Positions 20,001 to 30,476 of a stretch of DNA of 64,000 nucleotides are shown piece by piece (the first letter of the stretch is position 1; every line of letters starts with the position of its first letter). The notes below the pieces were generated by a model. The model was not told the DNA's origin, made no database searches, and saw only the letters and a program-made list of their open reading frames with translations. The position numbers and the translations under genes were made by a program. This DNA comes from a virus (lineage: Duplodnaviria; Caudoviricetes): positions 32,001 through 96,000 of the IMG/VR virus record IMGVR_UViG_3300025372_000010. The stretch is one strand, 5' to 3'.

Positions 20001-22593
20001 TAAATATGGTGCAACTAAAGAAGATATCTATCATAATATAAATAATGTAACTGAAGATAATTATAATGATATATCTTTTAGTTATGGAGAACCTATTGCT
20101 GCAGCTCAACCTGCTCCTTTAGAAACTACTGAAGATCAAACTGCAGGTGGTACTAATATTGAGCAAGTAGATCCTACAGCAGCTGAAACTCCTGCTGAGC
20201 AAGCTGTCACTACAGAATTACCTGATAATGTGATTGCTGGTATGGATACTGGTGCTCAACAAAATCAAGGAGCTAGTCAGTCAGTAGTTATTGGTAAACA
20301 AACAATCAATGTAGGTGACAGAATCACTGGTAATCCTGGTGGTGATTTAACTGTTACAGGTATTAATTCTAAAGGTGATGTTACATTAGCTAATGATGAA
20401 ACTCAAGTTACACTTCCTAAAGATGACTTAGCTCAACTAATGGCTAATGGATATAGTCAGATAGTTAAAGCTGCAACAAAGACAACAGGCAAAGCTACTC
20501 CTAAAAAGACTACAGCTCCTGTAGTTAAGAAACCTACTTTTGAAAATGGTGAGATAAACAATGTAGAGCAGACTCGTGCTGCTATGCTTAATCAAGCTAA
20601 TAAGAAAGGTGGTGTTGATGATCAGTTAGAAAAAGAAACTCCTGGTGTAGTAGAAGGTAAGAAAGTAATTAATGGTGCTACTAAGATTAACAATCGCACT
20701 GAAGACTTTACAGCTACTACAGATAATAAAGGTAAAACTATTCGTCAGATTACTGGTGTAAATAGTAACTACCCAATGATTATGGCTACTAGTCGTATTA
20801 ATATGGGTACTGGTATTACATTAAGAGTAGATACTAGCTTAGCTAACTATGATGAGTATGAGTATATTAATACTAATAATGTAACTAAGCGTTCTAAAGA
20901 AGATTTCTTTGAGAATGGTAAAGTAAAACAGTCAGCTGTAGAATCTTTTCCAATTGCTATCTATACTAACTATAATGGTCAAGAAGTAAAATTAGGTTAC
21001 TTACCTACTGTTGAATGGGTAAATGCAAAGTATCCTAATGGATCTACGGTGAATGTCGTAGATAAAACTTATGATAAAGATGGTAATGAACAAGATAATC
21101 TTGGACCTAACTTAGCTCAGTTGAGAAAGATTAGACAAGATTTGATGAATGGGTTTAATACTGCAGGTAAGACTGAATGGACAGCTATAGTAGATAATAA
21201 ATCTGATGGTAATCTTAGAACTATATCTGGTGTTAATAAAGTAGCAGATGTAGTGAGCCCAGGTACACAGATTGGTATTATAAAAAATGGTGTTGTTTAT
21301 ACAGGTAAGAATGTAGAAGCTACAGGTCAGATTATACTTCCAAGTGAAGTATCTACTACTATAGAGAACAAGAATACAGAAGGCTGGCCAGTTGTATTGA
21401 TTAATACTCCTACTGGTAAAAGATTAGCAAGCTGGGTTAGTGTTCCAACATTGAATAAAGAACATCAAGATCTTATTTTAAATGCTTGGAGTGCGTTCCA
21501 TTTATTAAACAATAATGCTAAAGCTAACGAGCCACATGATACTAAGTCTAAAGCTTATGAAATAGCTAGTGCAATATATGAAGCATATGGGGCTAAGCTT
21601 GCAGTAGATGAACAACCTAACTTTAAGCTTTTACAAGACTATGTTAATGACTACATCACTTTTACAGGTGGTAAGAATGATGAGAAGAATGGTTATAAAA
21701 AGTACGATCCATTGAAGCCAGGATCATCTTTATTGACTATATTGCCAAATGGTACTTTGATTACATGGGTAGTTCAAACTGGTGTTGAAGCTAACGATAA
21801 AGTGTTAATGACTGATCCGTCCAGATTGACTGATGAGAATAAGAACAAGTTCTATAACTTAGCAGATCAAGTGCACTATAATATTAAGTTTAGTGATAAG
21901 AATAATAATGGTATCAACTCTGATAGTAAGATGAGATTTTTAAGTATGGTGGGTGATTCATTAATTAAGTCTGAGCCTATGACATATAATGAGCATGTAT
22001 CTAATCTATTAGAGACAAACATAGAGCCAGGTATTCCTTTAGATCCTAAGCAACCAGATGGAGAAAGAGTTTATTTCTCTAACCCAGTATTGAATTTTAG
22101 CTTTACAGAGCCTACAGAAACTAAAGTTACCACTCAAAAAGAAAATGCTGCTGTTCCAGCTGAAACTACTCTTGTTACTACTAATATAGAATCTAAGAAA
22201 GCTGATATAGAAAGAAGAAGACAAGAGCATATTGACTTAATTGAGCATAATGAAAATGCAGATGGTAGTGAAGAATCACAAGCATATGACACATCTTGGA
22301 GTAAAAAAAATGAATATGAATACTTTTCTGGTAAAACAAAGAAAGAAGTAGTAAATAAAATAAATGCTAAGTATGATGCTGAACTAGCTGCTTTAGAAGG
22401 TGGTAAAACCAAAACTGTAAAGAGCTTAGCTGATGAATTATTAAATATGGACTTTGGTGAAGGATTAACTGACTTTGGTAACTTTGATCAAGGCGTGATT
22501 GATGGAGATCTTCCAGGAGATAAGAAATCAATAGCAACTAAAGTGAATGATATAGTAAACGATAAAGAAATAGATAAAAACTGTAACGGATAA
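17047..22593 (+). CDS. Giant ejection protein preceding virion RNAP
   Basis: 1848 aa; N-terminal Gly/Ala-rich amphipathic segments with 'EARMEA' and 'EGLQE' motifs; single Cys at the C-terminus. Confidence 0.7.
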   Translation: MDSLNFLMPDNINTDNLVPQDNPTGSLLDILQTSGPGPSQPITFDPIKSFQFPSSPTSEAAAAPLFFDAQRTNVDRYTNSAYFKQLGFNPLEGNANEYKYGSMQTWGDTMGNALGGAWKLGANTFIQGWEGWGNMANALTSWDSSKLVGSPEQLYQSNQEQNAIMNKYAIFATPESDAGGVFNRKFFGDMVQQTGFALGTIAQFLSEELITYGLSTEFSLAKLGIKAPSWLGKVVTKSELLADMTKLGENIYKDRTFAEKFVENARKFVPFLETGEEMAKYSKAGAGAAQIAAIGVGGLRRTLAEANMSFTEARMEAANTYGDLYNKLYDEEVDKTGEVPSGDKLARMKEIAMKASSDNFFVNSGILMLSNRLQFDNLLGKFSFGREILGEGGGFAEDILKVTGKVGENETTKVYQKGLMGTPGLYGKIAEDFGKKEAAWQVAKSLGKHAFKWETSEGLQEVFQDLSNQSLQNYYYDLYHGIKGADFSPSLEKAWAQENQGNQGLKTFLMGALTGSLISPIDFAIGRAKTYGMSTAEQRQTREADVKDAVEMLNGFYENPNRYLNEHIANVKLQDHVAKTMDEAIANRDKYVFNNFRDSGFAKMVSAAIKTDMYESVMSTLRNYGESMTDQDFKEAFGMEKNKYNIDSIKGFFDKVASSVEEFHKNWKTLRDRYADSVIPEIYKDGTPEKKISLAAKRALDDAIEILATNSYKGQNAIVRATDLQTQMAATPTIGGSLENAFRILGHAGETAQEAYLLDQEITSLESADKIDRETRKLITAKKKQLAALTDWLKNQDALEKMGIEEKRRFNKARKSFRDYVNSKNEQAKLDVSIKNDDFEDIYKNFLDYIQLNSDAKQYVDAYNVLANPTKFILMHERMLDAILKTEETYKKEHEAEIKGEKPEAEEKTGSLADLMEKGLTVDEANPEKVEKEEAEKKNVDKQALETELHDAYRTYAQEAYEQGNTPAKPSEWIRFGETARKILTKYGATKEDIYHNINNVTEDNYNDISFSYGEPIAAAQPAPLETTEDQTAGGTNIEQVDPTAAETPAEQAVTTELPDNVIAGMDTGAQQNQGASQSVVIGKQTINVGDRITGNPGGDLTVTGINSKGDVTLANDETQVTLPKDDLAQLMANGYSQIVKAATKTTGKATPKKTTAPVVKKPTFENGEINNVEQTRAAMLNQANKKGGVDDQLEKETPGVVEGKKVINGATKINNRTEDFTATTDNKGKTIRQITGVNSNYPMIMATSRINMGTGITLRVDTSLANYDEYEYINTNNVTKRSKEDFFENGKVKQSAVESFPIAIYTNYNGQEVKLGYLPTVEWVNAKYPNGSTVNVVDKTYDKDGNEQDNLGPNLAQLRKIRQDLMNGFNTAGKTEWTAIVDNKSDGNLRTISGVNKVADVVSPGTQIGIIKNGVVYTGKNVEATGQIILPSEVSTTIENKNTEGWPVVLINTPTGKRLASWVSVPTLNKEHQDLILNAWSAFHLLNNNAKANEPHDTKSKAYEIASAIYEAYGAKLAVDEQPNFKLLQDYVNDYITFTGGKNDEKNGYKKYDPLKPGSSLLTILPNGTLITWVVQTGVEANDKVLMTDPSRLTDENKNKFYNLADQVHYNIKFSDKNNNGINSDSKMRFLSMVGDSLIKSEPMTYNEHVSNLLETNIEPGIPLDPKQPDGERVYFSNPVLNFSFTEPTETKVTTQKENAAVPAETTLVTTNIESKKADIERRRQEHIDLIEHNENADGSEESQAYDTSWSKKNEYEYFSGKTKKEVVNKINAKYDAELAALEGGKTKTVKSLADELLNMDFGEGLTDFGNFDQGVIDGDLPGDKKSIATKVNDIVNDKEIDKNCNG

Positions 22594-22596
22594 CAT

Positions 22597-25500
22597 ATGT
22601 CTTGTATATACACTATAAATGGTAAGCAGTATTCTGACTCTGAGGTTAAACAAGTCTTCAGTAGTATCCTAGCTGTTCCTGGTAATGAAAACTTATCGAA
22701 TGAGGAACTAGTAGCTAAGATTACTGAGCTTAGTAAAGATAGATTTGTTGATGTAAATCTATTTAGCCCATATCAAGAATCAGCTTACACTAACATCATC
22801 TTTTCTGAGGTTGTTGACCAACTTGGTGTTTTAAAACCTAAGATGGAGATTAAACAATCTGCAGGTAAAGTATTTGGTGATACTTATAGTCGTTTCAAGA
22901 ATGAAGCTGCTAAGTTTAATGCTATCTCTGAAAAGATAACATCAGAAGAAGCTTACAATCAGTTTAAGCAAGTTGAGGGTGTAGCTGCAAAGTTTCCTGA
23001 GATTGCTGCTTTAAACTATAATCAGTTCAAGAGTATGGTTGATCAGTTCAATCATATTGTAAATGAAGAGAACTGGAAGAAGTTTACTCAACTAGCTGAG
23101 CAAAAGCTTAGACAGCTTGGGTTAACTATTAAAGATGGTAATATTGTAGAAAAGAAGTTTGATGCTACAGAGATTGCTAAGAGATTAGAAGAGGATCAGA
23201 ATGATGAGAATGAACCAGAGTATGAAGATTCTGAAAGAGAAATCAATGAGTCATACGAAGATGGTCGTGCATTTAGATTATCTCCTAAAGATACTGCTAG
23301 CTATCGTGTAAAGTTATTCTTATCTACTATTCCTAACTACGAGAGAAACATCTTTGGTAAGAAAGACTTTGTGTCTATGGACCAAGTGTTTGAAGACTTG
23401 TTGCAAACAGCTGCAACTCTTCCTGTAGTAAACTATAAAACCTTTACAGAAGCTTTATTATCTAAAGCTGAGGGTAAACCTTATTTACATAATGTAGTAG
23501 GTAAGTTAGATAGATTACAAAAAGACGGTAACGTAAAGCTTCGTAATGAAATCATTACAGTATTTAATAAAGCCTTTACTGACCATGTGCTTGTTTTATG
23601 GAACCCTTCTGAAGGTGGTGTTAAAGTTAAAGTGATTAGCTCTAACCGCAATAGTATAATCCGCCAAATCAAGCAAGACTGGATTGAAGCTCAGAAAAGA
23701 TCTGCTATTATCTCTACAGATACTATTGGTGATCTAGTAATAAATAAAGAGAAGGTTAAAGAGTTATATGATTCTTTAAAAGAAGCTAATAAGTCTAAAG
23801 ATATCACTGATAAGAAAGCTTGGGTAGCTGAGTTCTTTAAATCAGTAGGTATTGACTTTGATGCAAAGATGATTGATGCATTAGTAAAGAGTGCTAATAA
23901 CGGTTTCTTCAAGTATGTACGTAGTGCTAACTTTGCTGCTATGTTCAGACCTAATGGTGTGTTTGATAACATCATGAAGACTTATTCTAAAGAGGGTGAT
24001 GGTAAATCAGATAACCGCTATGAAGATTCTAATAATGCTATGATCCATGAGCGTGCATTTGACTATCTAGCTCAGATCTTCTTTGACTTTAATGGTAATA
24101 AATATCAGACTGGTACTTTCCAGAATGGTGAGAATAAAACTATCTACTCATACATCCAACCTAGTTATTTAGAGACAGTTAAGAAAAAGCTTAATAATGG
24201 TGACGGTTATTTAAAACGTCTATCAGAAGCTTCTTTCTCTAAATCATCTGAGGTAGTTGCTCAGTTATTAAATAACCTTACAGAGAATAGTAATAACTTT
24301 GTATATCGTATTAGATATGCAGATAGCTTAAAGAATGACACTGCAGAGAAAGCAGGTATAGTTCGTAAGCGTATGAGCCGTAAAGAAATGTTATTTGATT
24401 CATTAGTTAAGTATATGAACTCTGGTAAAAATACAGGGTTGTATAACATGTTTACATTGTCTGATAAGACAGTTACGCCTGTTATAGAAATGACTAAAAC
24501 TAAGCTTGATCCAACATTTGATATCTTATTACGTCCTTCTAAGAATACAACTGTAAGAACTAGCTTTGATTTCAAAGATGGTTTTGCAGATAAATTATAC
24601 ACCCTAGCTAAGTCTGAAATAGATCGTATGGTTGACTATGCTAATAATGCTAATAAAGCAGGATTAGGTATAAACAACTTTGATAAGTCTAGTCAGATCT
24701 TTTATTTATTCCCAGCTCTTAATAACAAAGAGGATGCTGATCTTAAATCTATTGTAGATTCTATACAAGCGGGTAATCAGCCATCTTTAGCAGATGAGAA
24801 CTATATCAAGAAAGTATTAGTGGATGTGTTTAAAAATGATGTAATGAAGTCATTTAGAACTCTTACTGATATAGGATTGATTAAGAAGTCTGAAGCTTTA
24901 GATGAGAATGATAAGAAGACTATCTTATTAAACTATGATCAATTAGATAAAGACTATCTAGCTCAATATTCTAATCTAACAGATAAGCAAAAAGGAGTTA
25001 TGATAATATCTGAATTTAAGTATAATAACTTAAAAGCTCAGATTAATAGTTTACAAGTGTTAGGTGCAGATCCTGCATTATTTTACAAGACTAAGATTGG
25101 AAAAGCTAAAGAAGCTCTTACTACTTCTGATGTTAACTCTATAGTAAAAACTACTATGGATGAATTCAGTAAGCGTGCTGCAATGTTTATTGCACCAGGA
25201 GCTCAAGGTACATTTGAGTGGACTGACTTAAATGGTCGTCCTGTTGATAGAACAAACTATGATATAGTTACTATCAAAGATGTGGTTAAGAATGTAGGTG
25301 GTTTTGAGAAAGTTAATATTGCAGATGCTCAGGAGTTAGTAACTCTACAAGAGCATATTGATAGATTAATGTCTGAAGGTCGTATTGACTTAGAAGACTG
25401 GCAGTCTATTACTGATAAAATAGAAAAGAATAAAGGTAAGTTTTATGAGCTTAGCGATAAAGAAAAGCAGATTGCTTTACAACCAGCTAAGCCTGTATAT

Positions 25501-28500
25501 AGTTCTAATACTTTTGTAGATGGATTTAGTAGAATAGACTATATTAAATCTTCTACATACCCAATGATCCCTGAAGTAATTCAAGGAACTGAGTTAGATA
25601 AAGTTAGAGCTTGGATGGAGAATAATAATATTAGCTCAGCACCTTTTGAGTCTGCTAAAAAGACTGGTATTCCTGCAGCTCCATTAGAGTTGTTTGATGC
25701 TAATGATAACTTTGTAGAGCCTACTAAAGAAAGATTAGCTGAAGTGAGACAAACTCTTAACAGAGAAGGTCTTCGTACACAGCAAGAGATCCCAGCTCAA
25801 AAAGATGAGATCAACGTAGTTTCTCAGATGGACCGTCAATTATTTGAGGGTTTACTTGGTATTAAAGGATTTATGTTTGATGCTCATAGTTACACTGGCT
25901 CTGAACTTAAAAAGCTATCAGAAGCTATTCGTATTGCTTTCTTCTATAAGAACCAGCAGGTTTTGGCTGATAGATTAAATATAAAGATCACTGATAACAA
26001 TGTAGTATTTAAAGATCAAAAAGCTTTAGCTGATTTATTAAAAGAAGAAGCTTTAGATAGAGATTTCTCTGCTAATGATATTAAAGCCATCCAAACTAAT
26101 GAGGATGGTAATCTTGTTATTCCTATCTACTTAATGGCTAAGGGTAAGAGATTTGAAGGATTAGTAACAAGTATTTTCTCTAAGTTAGTAAAGCTTAAAG
26201 TGCCTGGAACTAGTTTAGTACAGGTGTCTGGTGTTGGTACCAAAGTAAAAGAGTCTGAGCTTACTGATAAAGTAAAGAATCAAATCATCTATACAGATGC
26301 TTATGATGCTTCTAAAGGATTACAATACATTCGTAAAGAAGCTACAACAGTTGATGATAAAGGTAATGTAAAGAAAGGTAAGGCAGTTCAACCTGCACAA
26401 GTATTTGTTTCTCAATATCTTAAAGACAAAGAAGGAAACTTAATAGACTTAACTAAGTATGTTAAGAAAGATGCTCAAGGTAGAATGATATTAGATAGTA
26501 ATAAGATCGATAAAGACTTATTACAGTTTATTGGTGCACGTATTCCTAACCAAGGTCATTCATCAATGTTACCTATAGAAGTGGCAGGGTTCTTACCTAG
26601 CTTTATGGAAAACACTGTAGTAGTGCCGGACGGTGTCACATCACAAATGGGATCTGACTTTGACGTAGATAAGTTATACTCTTATATTAGTTCTATAGAG
26701 AATGTTACTGATGATAAGATCTCTAGTCAGAAGTTTGATAGCTCAATCTATAAGAATGACTACGAATCTTTAATGAGTGCTTCAGAAGCTGAGTTATTAC
26801 AAATGTACAAAGAAATACATTGGTCAGTGTTAACTCATCCGGATGTATTTGATAAGATCACTCGATCTACAGAGTTTCCAGATATTAGTAAAGAGATTGA
26901 AGTATTTGAGAAAGCAGGTTTATTAGAAGATAAGGTGTCTGCATTGCCTATGGACTTTGAAGCTCAGATTAAAACCTTTTTAGATAACCGTAGTGGTAAA
27001 TCTGGTACAGGTATATTTGCTCAGATGATTTCATTCTTAGCTGAGCACCAAGATAAAGATATCAAGTTAAAGTCTTTCTTAGATAACAATGATAATCCTA
27101 TACAAGAGTCAGTTAAGTTCTTAAAAGACAACGGTGAAATATTAAAGCTATTTAGATTTACGGCTGAGGGTAGAAGTGAGACTGAAAATGGTGAGCGTTC
27201 TAAGACTGATAATACATCTATATTCCTTTCTGAATCAGTGGATAATGCTAAGAATAAGAACTTAGATAAGTTCAACTTAACTGTTGAAGCTATGAACGCA
27301 GTGCGTGCTGTGATAGGATTAAGTTCAGAAACTGGAGAGATTGCTGATATTAGATATGTGACTAGATTGATGCCACAACCTATTATCAAGAACTACTTAA
27401 ATGAAATAGAGTTATCTCGAGATAGCTTTAGCGATAAGTACACTAACAAGTTTGATATTGCTACAAAGATGATTAACACTTATAATAGTTATTTATCTGA
27501 TGTAGCTGAAATAGATATAGATCAAAGATTATTCTCTCCTGCTACATTACTAAAAGCTTTAATAGATGGGAAAGACTTCGGTGAGAAGTTAATCAATGAT
27601 GCAAAGAATGGTGTATTATTAAATAGTCAGCAACAAGCTCAGCTTAATGAGTATATAAATAATCAAGTATCTATCTTAAAACTTTATACTCAATTAGATA
27701 ATATTGGTTGGGCAATGGGTAAGTTGATGACAGGTACCAATGTTACAACAGCAGGTATTGGGTCAACTTTATTTGCTGTAGCAGATAAGTTAAGACAAGT
27801 AAAAACTGTTGCTCTTAATACTGTATTCCAAAACACTGAACAACTATTAGGTGATATTGCTTATGATGGTACGATTATAAATCCTACTAGTCAAGCAGGA
27901 CATGCTATGAATGTAGCTCTATCTTTTGGTAGAGATGTATTATCTAAGCTTGCACCTATTCACTTTGGTGCATCGTTTGACCAATTGAGAGACAAAGTAG
28001 TTAGAGAAAGATTTAAAGATTCTAATATATCCAACTGGGGTAAGACTAAGTATATGGAGTTAAGTGAAGACTTAATGAAATCTGCATATGCTTACTTATT
28101 AACTAACCCTGAGTTAGGAATGGTTCAAGATACTCAAAATGATCGCACACGTTTACTTTATGGAGCTAACGGTGAAAGATCTTTAGGTGAGCGTATTATA
28201 GCTCTTAAAGAACAGCTTAAAGATACTAACTACTTTATAAATAGATTACAAGTTACAGCTCCTATAAATAAAGCTGCAGATCCTTATTTAGTTAAATATA
28301 GATCTCCATTCAGTCAAGATATAGATGAGCAGGCTAACAATAAAGGATTCTTAGAGTTAATATTAAGCGGTGATAAAAACCAGATTGATATTGCTCGTGA
28401 TCTAGTTACTTATGCATATCTTACTGGATATGATCAAGGATCTTCTTCTTATTTGAAGTTTATCCCTGTAGAGTACTTAATGTTAAACCAGAAGTTTACT

Positions 28501-30474
28501 AACGGTTTAAAAGACTTTGCTTCTACTTTTGATGACATGGGTACCTTCTATAAGCAGTTTATTCAGAACAATCCTGATAGAGCTCTTAATATGGGTAAGA
28601 AGTTATTTGAGGATGTCTTCTTTAAAAAGATAGACAGTGATGATGTAATCCATATAGCAGATGATAAATTAGCGGATGCTTTATTAGTACAAATGCCTAA
28701 AGAGGAAGGAAACGGATATAAGTATGCTGATTACATTAAGGGTATAAAGTATGTAGGTGATCAAAGAAGAGTATATTTATTTGAAAGAGTTGTAGGCAGT
28801 AGAGAAGATGACAGTAGATCCTATAGACGTATACCTACATTAGGTAACGGAACTATATCTGAGTATGTATATGATTCTGAAGATGTTAAGTCTATCTTCT
28901 TTAATAACCTTACTCCTACTCAAAAGATGGATACTCTATCTACTAATCCAGAGAATCCATTCAGAAAGATTAAGATATACAATGCTCAATACTTTGACTT
29001 GAGATACTTAATCCCAATGGGAGATACCGCTACACAGTTTATTGGTCTAGACATAAGCAATGCTAGTAAGACTACTAAGACTGCATTAGAAGCTTATAAA
29101 GATAAATCTAATACAGGTGAGTATGCCCCAACAGATAAAGTTATTATCTCTGGTAATACATTATTACAAACTGTAAAACCTAAGGAAGGAACTACTAAGT
29201 TAGATGTGTCTGATATTAATTCAGCTTATTCTATATTAGAGTCAGTATTTAATGATCACTATGCTCCAATGATAGATAAAGCTATTAAAGCAGGTGCTGA
29301 CTTTATGGTAGGTAGTTTAACAGGTATGGAAGAAGTTGCTAAGAAGTATTTAAGAAACGAAGGCTTAGCAGAAGATACTGATGATAAAGGAGTTACAACA
29401 TTTAAGAACCCTAAGAGCAGTGAAAAGATAGAAGCTCAACCTACAGAGATTAATGATTCTGATGTACCAACTATTAGTTTATTTGGTATAGGCGGTGAGC
29501 AAACTGCAAGTGAAGAAGAGTCTGCTGGTGCTTTTGGTTTTGAGTTTGCTAATGATGATGTGGCACCACAAGAAGCTACTCATATGATTACTGAAGGAGT
29601 AGAGAAAGCAGGACCTGTACAAACAGACGCTGATATAGTTAACAATTATACTAATGATCCTAGTAAACCTAGTACACTTAAGTCAGTGTTAAGTAAAGTT
29701 GGTACAAATACAGATAATGAGTTCTATAAGACACTAGTATCCGTATTTAGAAAAGCAGGCTTCCCTGATATAAATGTTAGTTTCTCTGAGGCTATTAATA
29801 ATCCTGGAGAGTATAATTCAATAAATGGTTCTATAATTATTAATCCAGCTCTTGCTATATCAGACAATACTAGATTAAACCGTCAGCAAAATTTAGAGTC
29901 TACTATTATACACGAAGCACTTCATGCATACATTTCAGATATCCTATCTAAGATTAGCTCTAATGATAAGAGTCTCACTGAAGCTCAAAGAGTATTTGGA
30001 ACTGCTTTGAAACAATTGTATAAAACTACTGTAGAAAAAGTAATGGATGACCCGCAGCATTCTGATAGATTAGTTGCTACTAATAATATGATCAAAGAAA
30101 AAGGTTATATTAGTACTGAAGATAAAAGCATGTACTATGGCTTAACTTCTGTGGATGAGTTTGCTAGTATGTTATTTACTAACCCAACCTTCCAGCAGTT
30201 TATGAATACTACAATAGTACAGGAGACAGGAAAGCTTTCTGTAATAGATAGATTCAAAGCTTTATTAGCTAAATTACTTAAGAGCTTAGCTAAGAGCTTA
30301 AATATTGTGACAGAAGGATCTGCTTTAGAACAAGGAGTGAATGACTTATTTAATCTTATTAGTGTAAGTCAAGAGAAAGCTGGTGGTGAAACATCTGCAA
30401 AAAATCAGTTATCTTTGTTCAGCATGTCTACAAGACAGATGGAAAACTATACCTTAGAAAATCAATGTAAATAA
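22597..30474 (+). CDS. Virion-packaged single-subunit double-psi-beta-barrel RNA polymerase (crAss-like vRNAP) with C-terminal zincin-like domain
   Basis: 2625 aa; 'GARIPNQGHSSM' (about 26533) and catalytic 'GSDFDVDK' (DFDVD 26656-26670); 'IIHEALHA...EF' zincin motif at 29911. Confidence 0.9.
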   Translation: MSCIYTINGKQYSDSEVKQVFSSILAVPGNENLSNEELVAKITELSKDRFVDVNLFSPYQESAYTNIIFSEVVDQLGVLKPKMEIKQSAGKVFGDTYSRFKNEAAKFNAISEKITSEEAYNQFKQVEGVAAKFPEIAALNYNQFKSMVDQFNHIVNEENWKKFTQLAEQKLRQLGLTIKDGNIVEKKFDATEIAKRLEEDQNDENEPEYEDSEREINESYEDGRAFRLSPKDTASYRVKLFLSTIPNYERNIFGKKDFVSMDQVFEDLLQTAATLPVVNYKTFTEALLSKAEGKPYLHNVVGKLDRLQKDGNVKLRNEIITVFNKAFTDHVLVLWNPSEGGVKVKVISSNRNSIIRQIKQDWIEAQKRSAIISTDTIGDLVINKEKVKELYDSLKEANKSKDITDKKAWVAEFFKSVGIDFDAKMIDALVKSANNGFFKYVRSANFAAMFRPNGVFDNIMKTYSKEGDGKSDNRYEDSNNAMIHERAFDYLAQIFFDFNGNKYQTGTFQNGENKTIYSYIQPSYLETVKKKLNNGDGYLKRLSEASFSKSSEVVAQLLNNLTENSNNFVYRIRYADSLKNDTAEKAGIVRKRMSRKEMLFDSLVKYMNSGKNTGLYNMFTLSDKTVTPVIEMTKTKLDPTFDILLRPSKNTTVRTSFDFKDGFADKLYTLAKSEIDRMVDYANNANKAGLGINNFDKSSQIFYLFPALNNKEDADLKSIVDSIQAGNQPSLADENYIKKVLVDVFKNDVMKSFRTLTDIGLIKKSEALDENDKKTILLNYDQLDKDYLAQYSNLTDKQKGVMIISEFKYNNLKAQINSLQVLGADPALFYKTKIGKAKEALTTSDVNSIVKTTMDEFSKRAAMFIAPGAQGTFEWTDLNGRPVDRTNYDIVTIKDVVKNVGGFEKVNIADAQELVTLQEHIDRLMSEGRIDLEDWQSITDKIEKNKGKFYELSDKEKQIALQPAKPVYSSNTFVDGFSRIDYIKSSTYPMIPEVIQGTELDKVRAWMENNNISSAPFESAKKTGIPAAPLELFDANDNFVEPTKERLAEVRQTLNREGLRTQQEIPAQKDEINVVSQMDRQLFEGLLGIKGFMFDAHSYTGSELKKLSEAIRIAFFYKNQQVLADRLNIKITDNNVVFKDQKALADLLKEEALDRDFSANDIKAIQTNEDGNLVIPIYLMAKGKRFEGLVTSIFSKLVKLKVPGTSLVQVSGVGTKVKESELTDKVKNQIIYTDAYDASKGLQYIRKEATTVDDKGNVKKGKAVQPAQVFVSQYLKDKEGNLIDLTKYVKKDAQGRMILDSNKIDKDLLQFIGARIPNQGHSSMLPIEVAGFLPSFMENTVVVPDGVTSQMGSDFDVDKLYSYISSIENVTDDKISSQKFDSSIYKNDYESLMSASEAELLQMYKEIHWSVLTHPDVFDKITRSTEFPDISKEIEVFEKAGLLEDKVSALPMDFEAQIKTFLDNRSGKSGTGIFAQMISFLAEHQDKDIKLKSFLDNNDNPIQESVKFLKDNGEILKLFRFTAEGRSETENGERSKTDNTSIFLSESVDNAKNKNLDKFNLTVEAMNAVRAVIGLSSETGEIADIRYVTRLMPQPIIKNYLNEIELSRDSFSDKYTNKFDIATKMINTYNSYLSDVAEIDIDQRLFSPATLLKALIDGKDFGEKLINDAKNGVLLNSQQQAQLNEYINNQVSILKLYTQLDNIGWAMGKLMTGTNVTTAGIGSTLFAVADKLRQVKTVALNTVFQNTEQLLGDIAYDGTIINPTSQAGHAMNVALSFGRDVLSKLAPIHFGASFDQLRDKVVRERFKDSNISNWGKTKYMELSEDLMKSAYAYLLTNPELGMVQDTQNDRTRLLYGANGERSLGERIIALKEQLKDTNYFINRLQVTAPINKAADPYLVKYRSPFSQDIDEQANNKGFLELILSGDKNQIDIARDLVTYAYLTGYDQGSSSYLKFIPVEYLMLNQKFTNGLKDFASTFDDMGTFYKQFIQNNPDRALNMGKKLFEDVFFKKIDSDDVIHIADDKLADALLVQMPKEEGNGYKYADYIKGIKYVGDQRRVYLFERVVGSREDDSRSYRRIPTLGNGTISEYVYDSEDVKSIFFNNLTPTQKMDTLSTNPENPFRKIKIYNAQYFDLRYLIPMGDTATQFIGLDISNASKTTKTALEAYKDKSNTGEYAPTDKVIISGNTLLQTVKPKEGTTKLDVSDINSAYSILESVFNDHYAPMIDKAIKAGADFMVGSLTGMEEVAKKYLRNEGLAEDTDDKGVTTFKNPKSSEKIEAQPTEINDSDVPTISLFGIGGEQTASEEESAGAFGFEFANDDVAPQEATHMITEGVEKAGPVQTDADIVNNYTNDPSKPSTLKSVLSKVGTNTDNEFYKTLVSVFRKAGFPDINVSFSEAINNPGEYNSINGSIIINPALAISDNTRLNRQQNLESTIIHEALHAYISDILSKISSNDKSLTEAQRVFGTALKQLYKTTVEKVMDDPQHSDRLVATNNMIKEKGYISTEDKSMYYGLTSVDEFASMLFTNPTFQQFMNTTIVQETGKLSVIDRFKALLAKLLKSLAKSLNIVTEGSALEQGVNDLFNLISVSQEKAGGETSAKNQLSLFSMSTRQMENYTLENQCK

Positions 30475-30476
30475 TT

